DNA from: Catajapyx aquilonaris | Taxonomy: Eukaryota | Length of the DNA stretch: 64,000 bases | Reading direction: 5' to 3' | Assembly (NCBI GenBank): GCA_000934665.2 | Contig: KZ538516.1 | Location: forward strand, 1-64,000 | Position numbers and translations under genes: made by a program | Notes under the pieces: model-generated | Database searches by the model: none | Told to the model about the DNA's origin: nothing | What the model saw: only the letters and a program-made list of their open reading frames with translations | Shown: positions 11,653 through 24,707 of the stretch, piece after piece | Position numbering within the stretch: position 1 is the stretch's first letter | Layout of the letters: the number at the start of each line of letters is the position of its first letter

Positions 11653-11684
11653 CTTGAAGTCGTCGGCAGTAAATCTCGACCAGC
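11653..11684 (-). CDS. GCH1: GTP cyclohydrolase I, coding exon 4 (32-nt micro-exon)
   Basis: CTCCCTTTAG acceptor, GTAAGG donor; (R)LVEIYCRRLQ(V); phases fit both neighbours. Confidence 0.95.
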
Positions 11685-12110
11685 CTAAAGGGAGAAAAGC
11701 AAAAAAAAGTATTGGTTAGAAAAAGACATTTTCCATCCGATTGCAATTTTCCTAGCGATTTCCATTTTGAAAATTGCTGAGTCTCTCCGACAGTATTGAA
11801 TGGGTGAGGTCGCTGAACAGCTATCAATTTTAAGCCTCCCTAGACATTTACTTCTTTTACTCTATTTCTTGCCGGCAGTTATTTCTTTTACAGATCATCG
11901 TGTCACGACCACATATTGTACTCTAGATATGGATCATGTCTCCTTGGGAGTTAATTATTATTTCTTACGCAATGATCCTGTTTCATTTCAATGACTTCTG
12001 ATATGCATGAATCTTACGCAATTCGTGTTGCGTGTTATCAGAGCGTCAGATGTTCCTCTTGACGCCAATATTGCATTTATGGTATGATTAAATCATTTCA
12101 AGGTCCTTAC

Positions 12111-12276
12111 CGTGCCAGTTTGCTGAGTCCAAGCACCTTTTTGTTAGGAAGGTATCCAATGGACACTTTTCCGAAGAATGGAACCAGATGATGCTCGCAC
12201 ATTGAGAACATTTCGATGTCTTTTACCACCACCATTTCGTCGTGATCTTCGTCAAAGATGGCATCGTTGAGTACCT
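12111..12276 (-). CDS. GCH1: GTP cyclohydrolase I, coding exon 3
   Basis: (E)[54 protein letters not shown](R), with the CEHH Zn motif and GLSK; TTCCTTCAG acceptor, GTAAGG donor. Confidence 0.98.
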
Positions 12277-15200
12277 CTGAAGGAAAAAAAAACAGCCACA
12301 TTATTTTCCTTGCAAATGATCCCGCCATGAATTTTTAGATTGAACACACATTCTGAAGTGACGCTATTGAGGACCCGAAAAATTCAAGCACCCACCCCAT
12401 TTCAGCATTACAAAATTCTGAATATTACCAAATCGTCGGCAGGAATTCCTCCCCGTCCTCTCCAACCCCTCTAATGAAGAAATTTCGAGCATTTCTGAGC
12501 CCCCTCTCCGCATCGTCTCATTCCACTTCAGGCACATCAATAAAATATCTTCACCACAGGTTTGATAGGAATTGTGTAGGCGGGACATTCGCGTGAATAG
12601 GAGGAGAGTCCAAGAGAGAATAAGAGAACCGACTATAGATCTCACTCTGCCTCTTTGCTCGAGATCGATTCGTGCTACTTCTGCTCCTCCTTCAGATGGG
12701 CTATAGTTCCTAACAAGTTCTGGAGAAATTCTGTCAATACAAAAATCTCACAGCCAGAGAGCCTCTGGGCGCCTCTCGCGTTCTTGTCAATCACCATTGA
12801 GTAACCTTACAACCTCCTGAAACGAGTCAGTCGCCTTATCAGGGAGAATTTGGTGACCTGAACGGATTCCTTTTTTTCTAGCCAAAAGTGCCTTCGTAGG
12901 TTATAACAAGAAACTTCCATTAGCTTGGGTGGATTTGGCGTACGGCTGTCGGAACGCGTCGGAACGCGACAGTATTGTCAACGCTCCTTTTTAGGGCGGG
13001 TCATACATAAGGGAAATTCCCTGCAGGTAACAGCCTCTTTAGGCGATGTATATAGATCGCATACTATTAATTTCATTCCTATAGAACTGAGACAAAACCG
13101 AGTTTCCCTTTAACTCCTGCCCTTACCGGCTCTAGAGACCATCGAAAAGCCTGACTTCTCACCCCTTACTCAACTGAATTAAATTCAAGTCCCTGAAACT
13201 AAAGCATGGTCTTTCTCCATTTTATTCCCCTTTTTCTCCTTCCTTGCGCACTCTGTAAAAGTGATATCTTTTATTCGCTTGAAATGACGGCGGCGGAAAT
13301 GGGCTTGAGCAACCTCCTTTTAAGCCCTCCTTTGGCCTACGTCAAAGCTGCTCAACACACACCAACTTAATTATTTCCAATTAATCCAGATTCTGCATGT
13401 AATTAATGGAGACAAGGTGAATTGGTTCCCGTAGGGAATGTACGCATCAGAATATGTCTCCAGATAAAGGGATCAGTTTTTTTTTCTTCGCAGAATAGAG
13501 CTTGTCCTTTTCCCTGGAGGCTCTGGATTGATTGAACGGTTGAAATGGAAGAAGTAAGGGAGCGTGTTTTCTGCAAAATCGCACCACTTGTGTTGCATGA
13601 GAGCCGGGAAAGCAACGGAACTTTCACCTCGGTTATACCATCGGGGGTCCGCTCTTCAACTGACCTACTGTCAAATGTTGCCAATCGACATAAATCCATC
13701 CATCAACTGCATTCCTCCGTGTCACGATCAAGACAACCTTTACTTGTAACGGGCAGTGAAAGGCGTTTATTCCACGCAATAATATTACAAGACTGCCCAG
13801 GCTCTCTCAGAGCACGTTATATCCACCAGCTGCGACGTGAGTTATTCTCAACAAAAATTTCCTGATGATGGAATAACCCACGTCGTATCGTGTTTTGGTA
13901 CACTTGCCGTGATCAGCTGGTGCCGGTGCAACACGAGGAACGTCTTCGGATAGCAGGCGAAGGAGTAGGCTAATTCTCCCTGAGTCTCCTGTGGCAAGAG
14001 GAGAATTCAAATTAGGTTCTACAACGCGATAATGACGGGGCTGACGCTGGACATGAATTGCGTAAACCCACTTTCAGTTCCAACTATCCGCAAGCAATCT
14101 GAAAATTAGGGCCAACAGCTGCTATGTCATCAGTGCACTCTAGCAGGCCATGCAAAATGCAAATATCGGTCAATCGTGCAAATTATGGCCAGCAATAGCT
14201 GTGAAAGCATGGCTAATGGCGTATTTACAGAGGTCATAATATATTCGTATTAGTCACTATTTCACTGTGATACAATTGAACTGGTGACACTTGCGCCTAA
14301 TATACTATACGTATGTGCGAACTAGAGTTCAAGCCCAAAACTCGACACTTAAAATCGATCTACCAGCAGAATCAAGGCGCCCTTAAGTGAACATCAACCA
14401 CCGCCTTGTAAATATTACAAAGCAAAGTTCCCCCTTTTGTCTCTCTAATAAGTCTTACTTTGAACATTCTCCTGGGTTATTTGCCGCACTTTTGTATCTC
14501 ATTAGGTGCAAGGGTCACGGGCGAGAAGACCTTTGAGCCCAAGTTATCTCATCGGTGTAGACAAATTTTGCCCCCTTCATCCTTAAGCAAATGTACACAG
14601 CATGTTACGTCTTTTCTCCGTTAGATTTCGCGTCACATTATGGTCTGCAGAAAACTGTGTCCCCTGAGCACACACTCGAGTGAATCTCGCAAACTTAACG
14701 AGACGTGGCGGAGCAAATCAATTCGCCGCGGGCTATGGGGGGTAGGGGGGGGCTTCCGGGGGAGGGTTACTATAGGCAAAGTTTAGTCTTTGCCAAACAT
14801 GGGACCCAGCTCAACAGGTAGTACCTCCCCTGGAGGAATGGAAGTCCTCAAACAAACGGCGCTTCGAGATGGTGTTTTATGGTAGCGCCCTGCCAACGTT
14901 GAACATCATTCATCTCGGCAGGAGCTACCGGAGCGGGCAGATTGGATGTCGTCAAAATGTCCCTTGCCCGAGAGAGATATGGTCGAAAGGGCAATTTGCG
15001 ATACCAAGAAAACATGGCGAAATGGCTCTGAAAGATTTCCTAACGTCACAACGTCATGATATATCCCAACTAACTGACTATCCAAATGTGTACAGTGTGC
15101 AGGGTGCTATCAGACTATATACAATTTATTATCTGTAAGGGAATCATCGCGCTGTAGATATCAAGCAATAAAGATCATCTGTTATTGCGAGTTCATAACC

Positions 15201-18090
15201 CAGTTTTTGCTGAAGAGGTCTTCTTTTTAATGAGAATCAACAGCAATTATAGTCCATAAGTTAATACTAACAATCCAGCCAAAACTGAAAAGGTTATGTA
15301 ATGTAATGGAACTGTAAGATACCCTAGGAAATCAAAATTTCATATGTGAATCTTATGCATCACGTACGGAATGAGAAATTCGCGCACATTGGACACGTAT
15401 TGCTCTTATTCAGACGTAATATGAAAATATGACACATGATTAAGGCACCTGATGTACTTGTCGGGTCATGCCGTGAATCAAAATCTTTCTAATACTGTAC
15501 GGGCGTCGACAGGAAAGGGTGTCAGAGTACAAACCAAGAATTTGAATTAGAGTGGTAGTTTTGTATCACCAGCGACGGAAACCGAATACATGATGATATA
15601 ACTGCATGGATGCTTATAGGTTATGCGGAACAGTTGAGAGTAAACTTTTCTTTAGGAGAATATTATGCAATGGAGTTTATCATCTATGGTGGGATATACT
15701 GTAGGTTGCCCATGCTCATATACTATATATTTTTGTCTCTACATGTTCGTTTTATTCTGTGCCCTCGCACCCAATCCTGTCGGCAGCTCACATGAGTCAC
15801 TGTAGCAGGATGCTTGAAACCGACAGGTCTATTATCCATCTTCATTGATGGCGAGACTTCAAAAAAGGACTCTATATTTTGACATGATATTTTCTTAACT
15901 GTATTATTGTATCACTGTATGTAATGTGAAATACGTGACCATAATGCGGAACTTTAGCCTACCTCTGATGGAGTGTTCTCTGAGTTGTCAGGTTGGTTTA
16001 AAAAATTTGCAATATACAGCTTACATATTAGTGGCACATAATTAAGGCTAATTATCAAAATCCACTATATTGGTGTGAAAACGAGTAGAAGGATTACACT
16101 TACTGGAATCAATTTTTTAATGCTAAGAAAATTATTGGAGAGCAAAGCATGCGTCATCGTCATTATTTCGAAAAAATCTATTATACTTAAATGTAGCATT
16201 TGTCTCCATTTAGCAAGATACAGTTCCTATTATCTTAATAGTTTTATCCAATAGGTGTCAAATGGTTTAGTTGGAGGAAAGTTCGGAAAGTTCACAAGTA
16301 TAAGACGTTAAATGTTGTTAGTCACGCTCAAGAAGGTGCAGACAATTCATCTTTCAAGGCTAGAACGAATTCTCTGTAAAACTATATTGATGTTTCAGCT
16401 CCAATGTTAATATACAGTGGAGGACTTTGAGAGTACATCTACTGCATAATCGCGTTGAAGCACAGACATCATCGGTTTTCCGTCAGGAATTCCTTGCAGC
16501 CTTACGACATGGATCATCTTCACCATTTTGGCCATAATAACAATACATTGTCAAGAAGGTTGAAAACGTCTACAAATTAAAAATAATACTTTCAGCTTGC
16601 CTTCCCAAGGCACTCTCGTAATAAAATATGTCTTAGATTAGAAAATATTTTTAAATGACAGGCACAAAATTCTTGTACAATCAGCAAATGAAGCTCACAC
16701 TAATAGATTGATCAGTGATGGAGACAGCCAGTCTGGCAACATATTTCAAAAGCTGTATATCTTTGAAACCTAAATGATTCATTTAGGCATCGAAACAGGA
16801 ACTTTTCACGCGAAAAATTATTGCATTAAATCACATGAAGTAATTTTTTGGAAGGTGTTTACTCTTTTGAGTTATTTTACGAAACTTCTCTGCATATTTT
16901 GACTTTATACGAGTCGTGATAAATAGAGTGCAAGTTCCTCTCAACTAGCTAGCAAGCGGGCTTCATAATTTTGGGTATTAATCATGCTGACACTTTGTAT
17001 ACGAGCTCTAAAACTTACAGGTCGAAGCACTTATCAACAGGAAACACCAATAAATCAAGCCTGTTTAATTTAAACAGCAATCAAATCATATGAGTTAGTT
17101 TCAAAACAGTTACAATAGTTCTAAGCTTGCACAATCCTTTAAAGGACATTCACAAATGAAACAAAAAATCATCAAGGATGTTTTCGCTTACACGACGTTT
17201 ACGGGTGCTGTACTTATCTACAATCCGAGGAGTTGGCATTGAAATTATGACTCAGATAACCCATTCATTGTTGTTTTGTTCGAGTACACTGTAGCATTAA
17301 TTTATTCGTGTATTAATCATATTTTCGCAGGTTTATTAAGTGACCCCTGAAGTTTAAATTGCAGTATTGCACTTGTCAGATATGATTATAGATAATTTAT
17401 ATAATATCTTGATATCTGATCAAGAAACATTGGAATAAATGTACAGCAGACTTATTACCTTGTGTTCAATAAATAGAAAATTTTCTAACTCGATTACATC
17501 ATATTATTTATCATGTATAAAACTATTAAAACATAAAATTACTGCCGACTCTCTTTCATTTGGATAGTGTTTATGAACTATTTGATGCCATATTTATGAT
17601 TTGCCATTCGCACTTTTTATGACTAGATTTATTTTTAAAAATCCAACTAGCCCATTTTGCCTAGTACTTAATTCCTATAATCATCCTAGGATTTTTTCCA
17701 CTTATAAAAACAAAACCGACCATGTTGCAATAAACAAGGTCACTTTGTTTTTTAAAAGAAATCTGCCGCTTCCGGCTACAAACTTCGGGACGACCTAATA
17801 TCACCATCAACAGGTGGTTCGACGTAACACCCATGCAATAACGTCATGCCCTTTCGCAGCCATTCTAACTAAAAACCGTTTCGCCTCCGAAATCAGCCCG
17901 AAATTATATCCAGATATATCCAGCGACAGTCAATTAGTGTGTAATCGCTGACGTGGAAAATCCGTGCCTCGGTTTTCCCGAGCGGAAGATTTTCCTTCCT
18001 GTGATCTGGATCCCGGAAGGGTATCATTAAAGAAAAGCTGGGTCCCCAACTGAGTTTAAAGACAATAATTTGGGAGGTTACTCCCTTTAC

Positions 18091-18300
18091 CTGGGATGGT
18101 CTGATCATAGCCTTTGGTGAAGAAGAGCATGGCCTTGGCAGCTCTCTCCGGGGTCTTCAGCAATCCGGGACGATCTGGATTTTCTCCCAGGTTTCGAAGA
18201 AGAAGCCGATAAGCGTTGGTCATTTCCGGAATCAGATCTTCTCTGGTAGGAGGCCTGTGGTCAAGCTCCAAGTCGTGATGGAAGGGGCACTTTTCGTGGC
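18091..18300 (-). CDS. GCH1: GTP cyclohydrolase I, coding exon 2
   Basis: (G)[69 protein letters not shown], closely resembling Drosophila Punch; TTTTCAG acceptor, GTAAAG donor. Confidence 0.97.
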
Positions 18301-19568
18301 CTGAAAATGCCGAAAGAGCACAAATTAATTTCGAAATTGCTTCAATGCCGTCAAATTAGAGCAAGACCGTTTCCTATTCTGATTGGCCTCGAGGACATCG
18401 GTTTAAATCAGGCGAGAACCAAACGCAAACTGTCATCTGTTGCCTTTCCTCCTAGGATTTTTCCTTTGGCCGCCCTTGGATGTATTAATTAAAAGCGCAG
18501 CTTTGTAAAGTTAGAACGGGATCATAATTACGCGGCTGTAAAACAATCTGGTCCGATTTTTATTATGTGCGCCAAGGATCGCAATAAATGGCACTGATTT
18601 TGTTTTCGTTTTAGAACGTATATAGCAAGGAAAATGATGCAATTCAGTTGTGATAGGTTTTGCCTTGTTGACAGGTTTTACAGTACCATTAGTCTATAAA
18701 CAATTCCATTCTCTGACAAATACAGATGCTGTATACAAATATAATCCTGACCTATATTGCGTCAGATTGTGTGATTTTATCCTACAGAGCAATAGATGCA
18801 TGGTGCAGTTTTTATTAAAATATTACTGTTATCAGGTTCTTTTATTGTAATTATCTCTTCAGGACTGGGAGCTTCACAAAATAAATCACAAAGCGGATAT
18901 GTTTGCTTGTACAATATTTTACTATTGAATGCAATATTGTGTAGTCAGAAACCGGAATAATGCGACTTCTGCATTCTGGATATAATACCTTTTAACGACC
19001 ATGAGTACAGTAAGAGCAGGCCTATGGAAGTTTAAAATACAAAAGAGTGAGCAATGCTTCAAATATATCTCCGTGAAAATATTTCTTTTCATAAAATCAT
19101 CATGGGCAAAATGACTAAATTTTGAGGTCCTGGGCATGTTATTGGCGTACAATAGTTGACAATATCGCATTTTAAAAACTGGCACTTCTCATATAATGAT
19201 AACACCCATGAATGCTGTATAATTAAAAACCCGCAATCTTGATCATTCATCGTGTAAAACAGGCCCAATCATTCAGCTATCTCATTGTGACTCTTTTCCC
19301 CCTTTGCGAAAACAATAACTTCCATAGCAATAGAGCAGAGGAACTGTACAGCACTGAAATTCTATTTCTTTGGATGAAAACACATTTTAACTTCATTTCC
19401 CCTCGAGTCAAGAATGGAATCACAGAATTCCCATTTTTATACAGTAGACCACCAAAATACTACAAAATTACAATAATTACTTCAGACAAACATGTTGTGA
19501 TCAATTCAAAAAAAAAAAAAAAAGAATCTAATCCCTGGAAAAGAAAAGTTAAATGACAGCTTACTCAC

Positions 19569-19737
19569 CAGGAGTCGTACTGGACCTCGGAGTTCTGGGT
19601 GTACCTGGTGGGTCCAAGTCCTCAGCATCAAAACTAATGCTCCTGTTGACCTTCTGCAGCATCAATGGACTCCGACCCTTCTTCTTCGGACTTCCCTCTG
19701 AAGTTCCATTGGTCAAATGATGCGCCACATCAGCCAT
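19569..19737 (-). CDS. GCH1: GTP cyclohydrolase I, coding exon 1 (N-terminal extension)
   Basis: MADVAHH...DPPGTPRTPRSSTTP(G), GTGAGT donor in phase 1; joins to give TPRSSTTPGHEKC as in arthropod Punch; six exons total 792 nt = 263 aa plus stop. Confidence 0.88.
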
Positions 19738-19929
19738 TACTCCGAAGACAATGTGACTTTTCTTGTCGTGTGATACGGTACTCAAGAGCGAACCTCGCTG
19801 TTGCAATTCCTCTGGTCGACTGCACCTAGCAGAGACTGTCAGCTGCCTTTTCTCTCCGGCCGAATTTGCCCGGGGGCGGAGGAGAGAGGCCGGGGGTGCG
19901 AGGGTTGGGAAGTTCCAACTGCGCAAGTG

Positions 19930-20170
19930 CCTCACCAATAGTGGTAACCTATGCGGAGTTTAGCAGAAACGGGGGAATTATTCGCGGGCTCGTCTGCCAC
20001 TCTGAAATTGGATTGGTCGCATCTGCTTGTTGGCGTCATAATTTTTTGCCCTTGTTCCTTTTTATCTGAGTGGAAGTTAGATAAACCTTTTAGTCCTTCG
20101 CTTGAAAACCGCAGATCGTATGTGTGACGTCATGAATAATCGGGCTCCGTTGAAAATTGGGCGGATTTGA
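19930..20170 (-). promoter_or_regulatory. Putative GCH1 proximal promoter
   Basis: Perfect CRE TGACGTCA at 20125-20132; CCAAT boxes at ~19935, ~20007-20016 (two) and ~20156; GC box GGGCGG at ~20159; locally CpG-rich. Confidence 0.55.
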
Positions 20171-21294
20171 TTCACCAGTTGGGATTTTCCTGTAGATTTC
20201 TGGAGGGAATTGGGACTGAATTACAAGAATAGGTACAATAGGGTGTCATTAAGGGTGTTTCCCCTTGACGTGGATGCTGGAGGGGCATGAACTAAACAAT
20301 AACCAGGTTTGTTGCGCGAATGGGAAGTGATTAGACATTTTGAGAATTTCTTGATGATGCTATGGAAAAGTGCAATTATACCACTTCACCTGAACCATTT
20401 TTGTTCACAGTTATCTTGTCATCATGAAACCTTCAAAGGTAATTGAAAGGCGCGGTTGTAAGGCCAGGTAGCCCATATATGAAAAAAATATTCGAAATTA
20501 TATAGTTATTTATGGCGTTTTATGTGTACTAATGGATAACATATTGAACATTCTGAGCAGCATTGTCCATATGAATAGGTCTCTCTTATAATAATTATGT
20601 AATATTATGTCGAACTAGGCCGACGAAGTATATAGGTATTTCATATTTTCATATACTGGACATTGGATTTGGACAGGTCACTGCTGACCATTTTCACATT
20701 TTCATAATTTTCACGACAAAATAACAGGAATTTCTGATTAGTACAGTCTACAGAGTGCCCCGATGGAAACGACCAAAAATTAAAAACATCTCAAAAGAGG
20801 TGTAACATACACACATCCGAACTACGTCATTGCAAATTAAAATATTCACACAATTTCTTAACATATTTTTAAATATAAATGTGCGCATCTTAAGGTAAAC
20901 TTATTTAAAAAAATAAGATACGACTTCCGACGTCAGTCCAAGTATTTTGTAGCATTGACCTATTGGTGTAATCGCTGCCACGCTTTCCTTATATGCCACA
21001 TGTCAACTGCTGAAGGTCATTGCTGACCTTGACCTGGCAGACAATTTATTCACATGACCCCACAGTAAAAATCCTCAAAGGTTGAGCGACTTTTCTATCA
21101 ATTTCATCTGAAAACACATTCATGAGTAACTTTTGCTCAAAAATCATTTACAGAAACATATAGTGACACGTCTCCGCAGTTTTGAGGGGGTTATCTTCGT
21201 GATTATGAAGCCAAGAGTTGTCAAATTATTGAACAGTCTCAACCAGTTACTTCCAGCACTTATTCCTGAATGATGAGCGGTGGCACTATAATAT

Positions 21295-21495
21295 TCTACT
21301 GAGTGGGTTATTTTATCTGCATTCTATCAGGAGGATCCGGGTTTTAATCCCAGATCCAATACTAACCGTCCTGACCTGCTACAGTAGTAGTGACGTGTGA
21401 GCATCTCTTGCGGTCCCTCCAGGGCAATTCCGGGTTATTGGTTTCCGTCTTTTAGGCCACAACCGCTTCCTTCCGTATAGCCCTTATCCCGGGAT
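21295..21495 (+). mobile_element. Decayed tRNA-derived SINE, family B
   Basis: Degenerate B box GGGTTTTAATCCC and motif GGCCACAACCGCTTCCTTCC shared with 62404-62731. Confidence 0.55.
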
Positions 21496-24435
21496 GTACG
21501 TAATTACATAAGTGGTCTGCCGTCATTGACTATAGTGATTGATTTGCCCGGTGGTGATAAGACCAGCTTGTGGAGTTCAAAGCAAACCAAACAAATATTT
21601 GATTATATACTGTATTACTTCGTACAGTTTCTGAACAATTTCTGATGAGGTAATAATGCTGTATAATTATTTAAATACGTATTATGGAAAAGGGAATGTT
21701 AAAAAAAATCTTGTCAGTATAATTTTTGGAGTACACTGTATAACTTACAATATTTGTGGCTTTATTTGGGTGAGCCTAAATATTTGAAGCTGAGTCAAGA
21801 ATATGAACACCATTATTTTGAATACAGCATTTTGAATGCTATACAAGTATACAAGTACAGTATGCACGATCGTAAAATTTTGCATATTAATAATGATAAG
21901 CATACTGAGTGAATGAAATAATTGATATTATCCTTTCCAATTTTAAGGATAGGTTACGGTTAACTATAAGTTAAATTGAGCATAAATAACTAAAACCTTT
22001 TTACTGCCTTTTTAGACAGTGTTGGCTATAGGATAATTTGACATGTGATTTGGGTCATCAGAGTAGGCTTTTCATTCAAAAAAGGGTGAGAAATTTAACT
22101 GACATTCCCTAATTCCCCTCACTACTAATAAGCTGGTACAGTAATAAAATTGTCAGGAGTCGTTCTAAAGATGATTTTATGTGTTACAAAATAATATAAC
22201 CAATATGTTTTTAAATACCGCATCAGCAAAGCAGAAAGTGAATAACAAATCAACATTTTGATATCCCATGACTTAATCACACTAATCACCTCATTTATAA
22301 ATACTGAATAATATATTATAACTTGTGCCGTAGCAAACTTGTTCATCCTGTATGTTAGGCTGCCCTGCAGTACAACAGAGAGACGCGGGATTGCTCAGAA
22401 TAGCCAGGATAAGCGTCAGAAAGGACGGCTGGAATATTTCCACATTTACGCAGCCAGCTGTATGCAACCCAATCGATAGTTATTTTGAAGTTACATGTCC
22501 CCAGTTATTTCACACCCCTCCATAAATCACACTTATAATAATCAAAAGTGGATTAAATTTTTGCGACCTCGTCCAGACTGCAGTTTCGGTTAGCCAATTG
22601 ATCGTATTGCAAAGAAGGGTAGTTCGATTACATTTTAAATTTATCAGTTATTATTCATGAGCACACGAGATGAAGGTATGGATATTATGTTAAAGAGTCC
22701 ATTGATTCCTGAGATGTATGCAAGACAGTTTGGCATATTCAATACATAGCGGCACATTTACAGGGCAAGAGAATGTGTATATTACCATACTGTAGGTATG
22801 CAAGCTTTTCATGTGTCTCTTGCTACGTTCTATTTCAATACTACCGTATACCGTAGCGTCAACCTGTACAGTGAAGCAAATAATATAACGTTACTCAAAC
22901 ATGTAGCTACTTTTCTCAGCAATTAAAATTGTAACAAATTCGCAACTGCTGGTCATATTATCGCAAACAAACTTGCACAGCACAACTGAAAACAAATAAA
23001 ATCATCTCCATCAGGAAGAGGGAACATCAATATGAGAGTACCGTACAATTTTCAAGTTCTCCCTAAACAGCTGGGTCCATACAAAATCAAGAGACTTGAT
23101 GTGCATTTTTATAAAATAGGCCTTTATGGCACCAGTGCAGTGACCCAAAAGTAGTTTGTGACCAGAAATAAAGGAAATCTAGTGGACGCTTACGTGTCGG
23201 TTCTTAGGACCAGCTACATCAAAGTAAATTAGGAAGAAAATCTCTGATTTAATAATGCACTAGAAAAAATGTCATGCGTAATTCAAGATTATCTCCGTAA
23301 TTTGCGTTGATACAAGCGGACCTGAGTTTCCTTCTTCCATGTTGAAGGATATGAGCCTTCCTGCACCTTATGGCAGAAGGCCAAAGTACAGTGTATAAAA
23401 CACGTAGCTATACTGCATTGATTTCCTTAACAAAATCAGAAAAATATTACACAAGGTTTTGCAAAAGGTGCTCACTTCCTCTCGGGACTTACTGTTAGTT
23501 TTCTGCTCGATATTCCTAGACAAAATTACCATATCTATGATGATTTCGGCTTTGTTACGATGATAATCGCCTTCGTCACAAACCTGACTAATAGAGGGCG
23601 CTCTGCGAGTTATCTCATCCACTACCACTATTTCTCACGATATATTTTGTCATATACCTACGGGTTGCTTCATAGCAAAAATGAACGTCTACAATATTAT
23701 CTATAGGTATAGGCTATTGGTTCCAAAATGGACAAATCAACTTCGCAATTCGTCTTGGAATATCGCACGGAATCCGAGAGGAGATGCGCACTTTTAACAC
23801 CATGCTGTATTTCACGTTAAAAAGTTTTTTCACCCTTTCTCTCCTGATAGTCTTTTATATCTACTCATGTTGGTTATTCTAGCCTCCATTAGTTTCGACA
23901 TTCGAGTTGTTTCGGACGATCACAGTTCCCCAGGCCGTTTTCTCTTGGCCTGGGAAGAGAAGAGAGTGAAAATTATTTTGCCTAGACACGTTTGCATACA
24001 CTCTCGTCGAGATTAACTTTAGGAGAAGTAACATTTTTCAATATTTTTACTTCTATCAAAACGCTTCAGTGTGACGTAAAAATCACATCTTACTTGGCAT
24101 TGACTTCAGAAAAGGACGGAAAGGCCAAGCATGCAGTTGTGTCCAAACCCAAAATACATTTTGTGGCCATTTTGACGATGATCAAATGGGTTAACGTGTG
24201 TTTGAGCTGCTCCAAAGTATTGGGGGCAATTCTGCATTACTGCCTATTTATGGCTACTAGATTCTGTTTTTTCCATGACGTCAATACCCATACAAGCTCA
24301 TGCAAGAATATGTTCTTGTACGTCTGCCCTGACAGAGAAATAATAGTCACTGCTAGAGGTATAACACTTGAAAACAAGCATAGCATTTCTTTAACATTAA
24401 AAAAAAATCTCAGTGTCTATTTCACGTAGCCTATC

Positions 24436-24558
24436 GCCTCCTGAGACCCCTGGTACAGTATACTGTACCTTTGTTTTTGTTTTTTACGCGTTTGAGTTAG
24501 TTAGAAGGTGGTGGAAAAAACAAAAGTACAGTATACTGTACCAGGGGTCTCAGAAGGC
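24436..24558. mobile_element. Short palindromic MITE
   Basis: 33-bp TIR GCCTCCTGAGACCCCTGGTACAGTATACTGTAC with one mismatch; the CCTCCTGAGACC end motif recurs at ~2585 and ~63159. Confidence 0.75.
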
Positions 24559-24637
24559 TATATGTGAACAATTGAACATATATCATTCTAAGGGAACCCC
24601 TTTCAATACTTGGCTTGATTCATTGACTGTATACCCT

Positions 24638-24707
24638 GGTGATGGATTTGACTGTGGGAGAAAACGGGAGAATCCTTAGAAAACCCACGAAAACTCTTTC
24701 CATATGA
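24638..24707 (-). mobile_element. Fragment of SINE family A core
   Basis: GTGATGGATTTGACTGTGGGAGAAAACGGGAG...AAAACCCACGAAAACTCTTTCCA matches 5897-5985 with an internal deletion. Confidence 0.6.

Noticed and set aside
13807..14010. Intronic minus-strand ORF with SLLLRLLSEDVPR, loosely like GCH1 exon 2 ([13 protein letters not shown]), as a possible duplicated alternative exon
   Set aside because: Lacks [10 protein letters not shown] and FTKGY, and I found no suitable phase-1 donor
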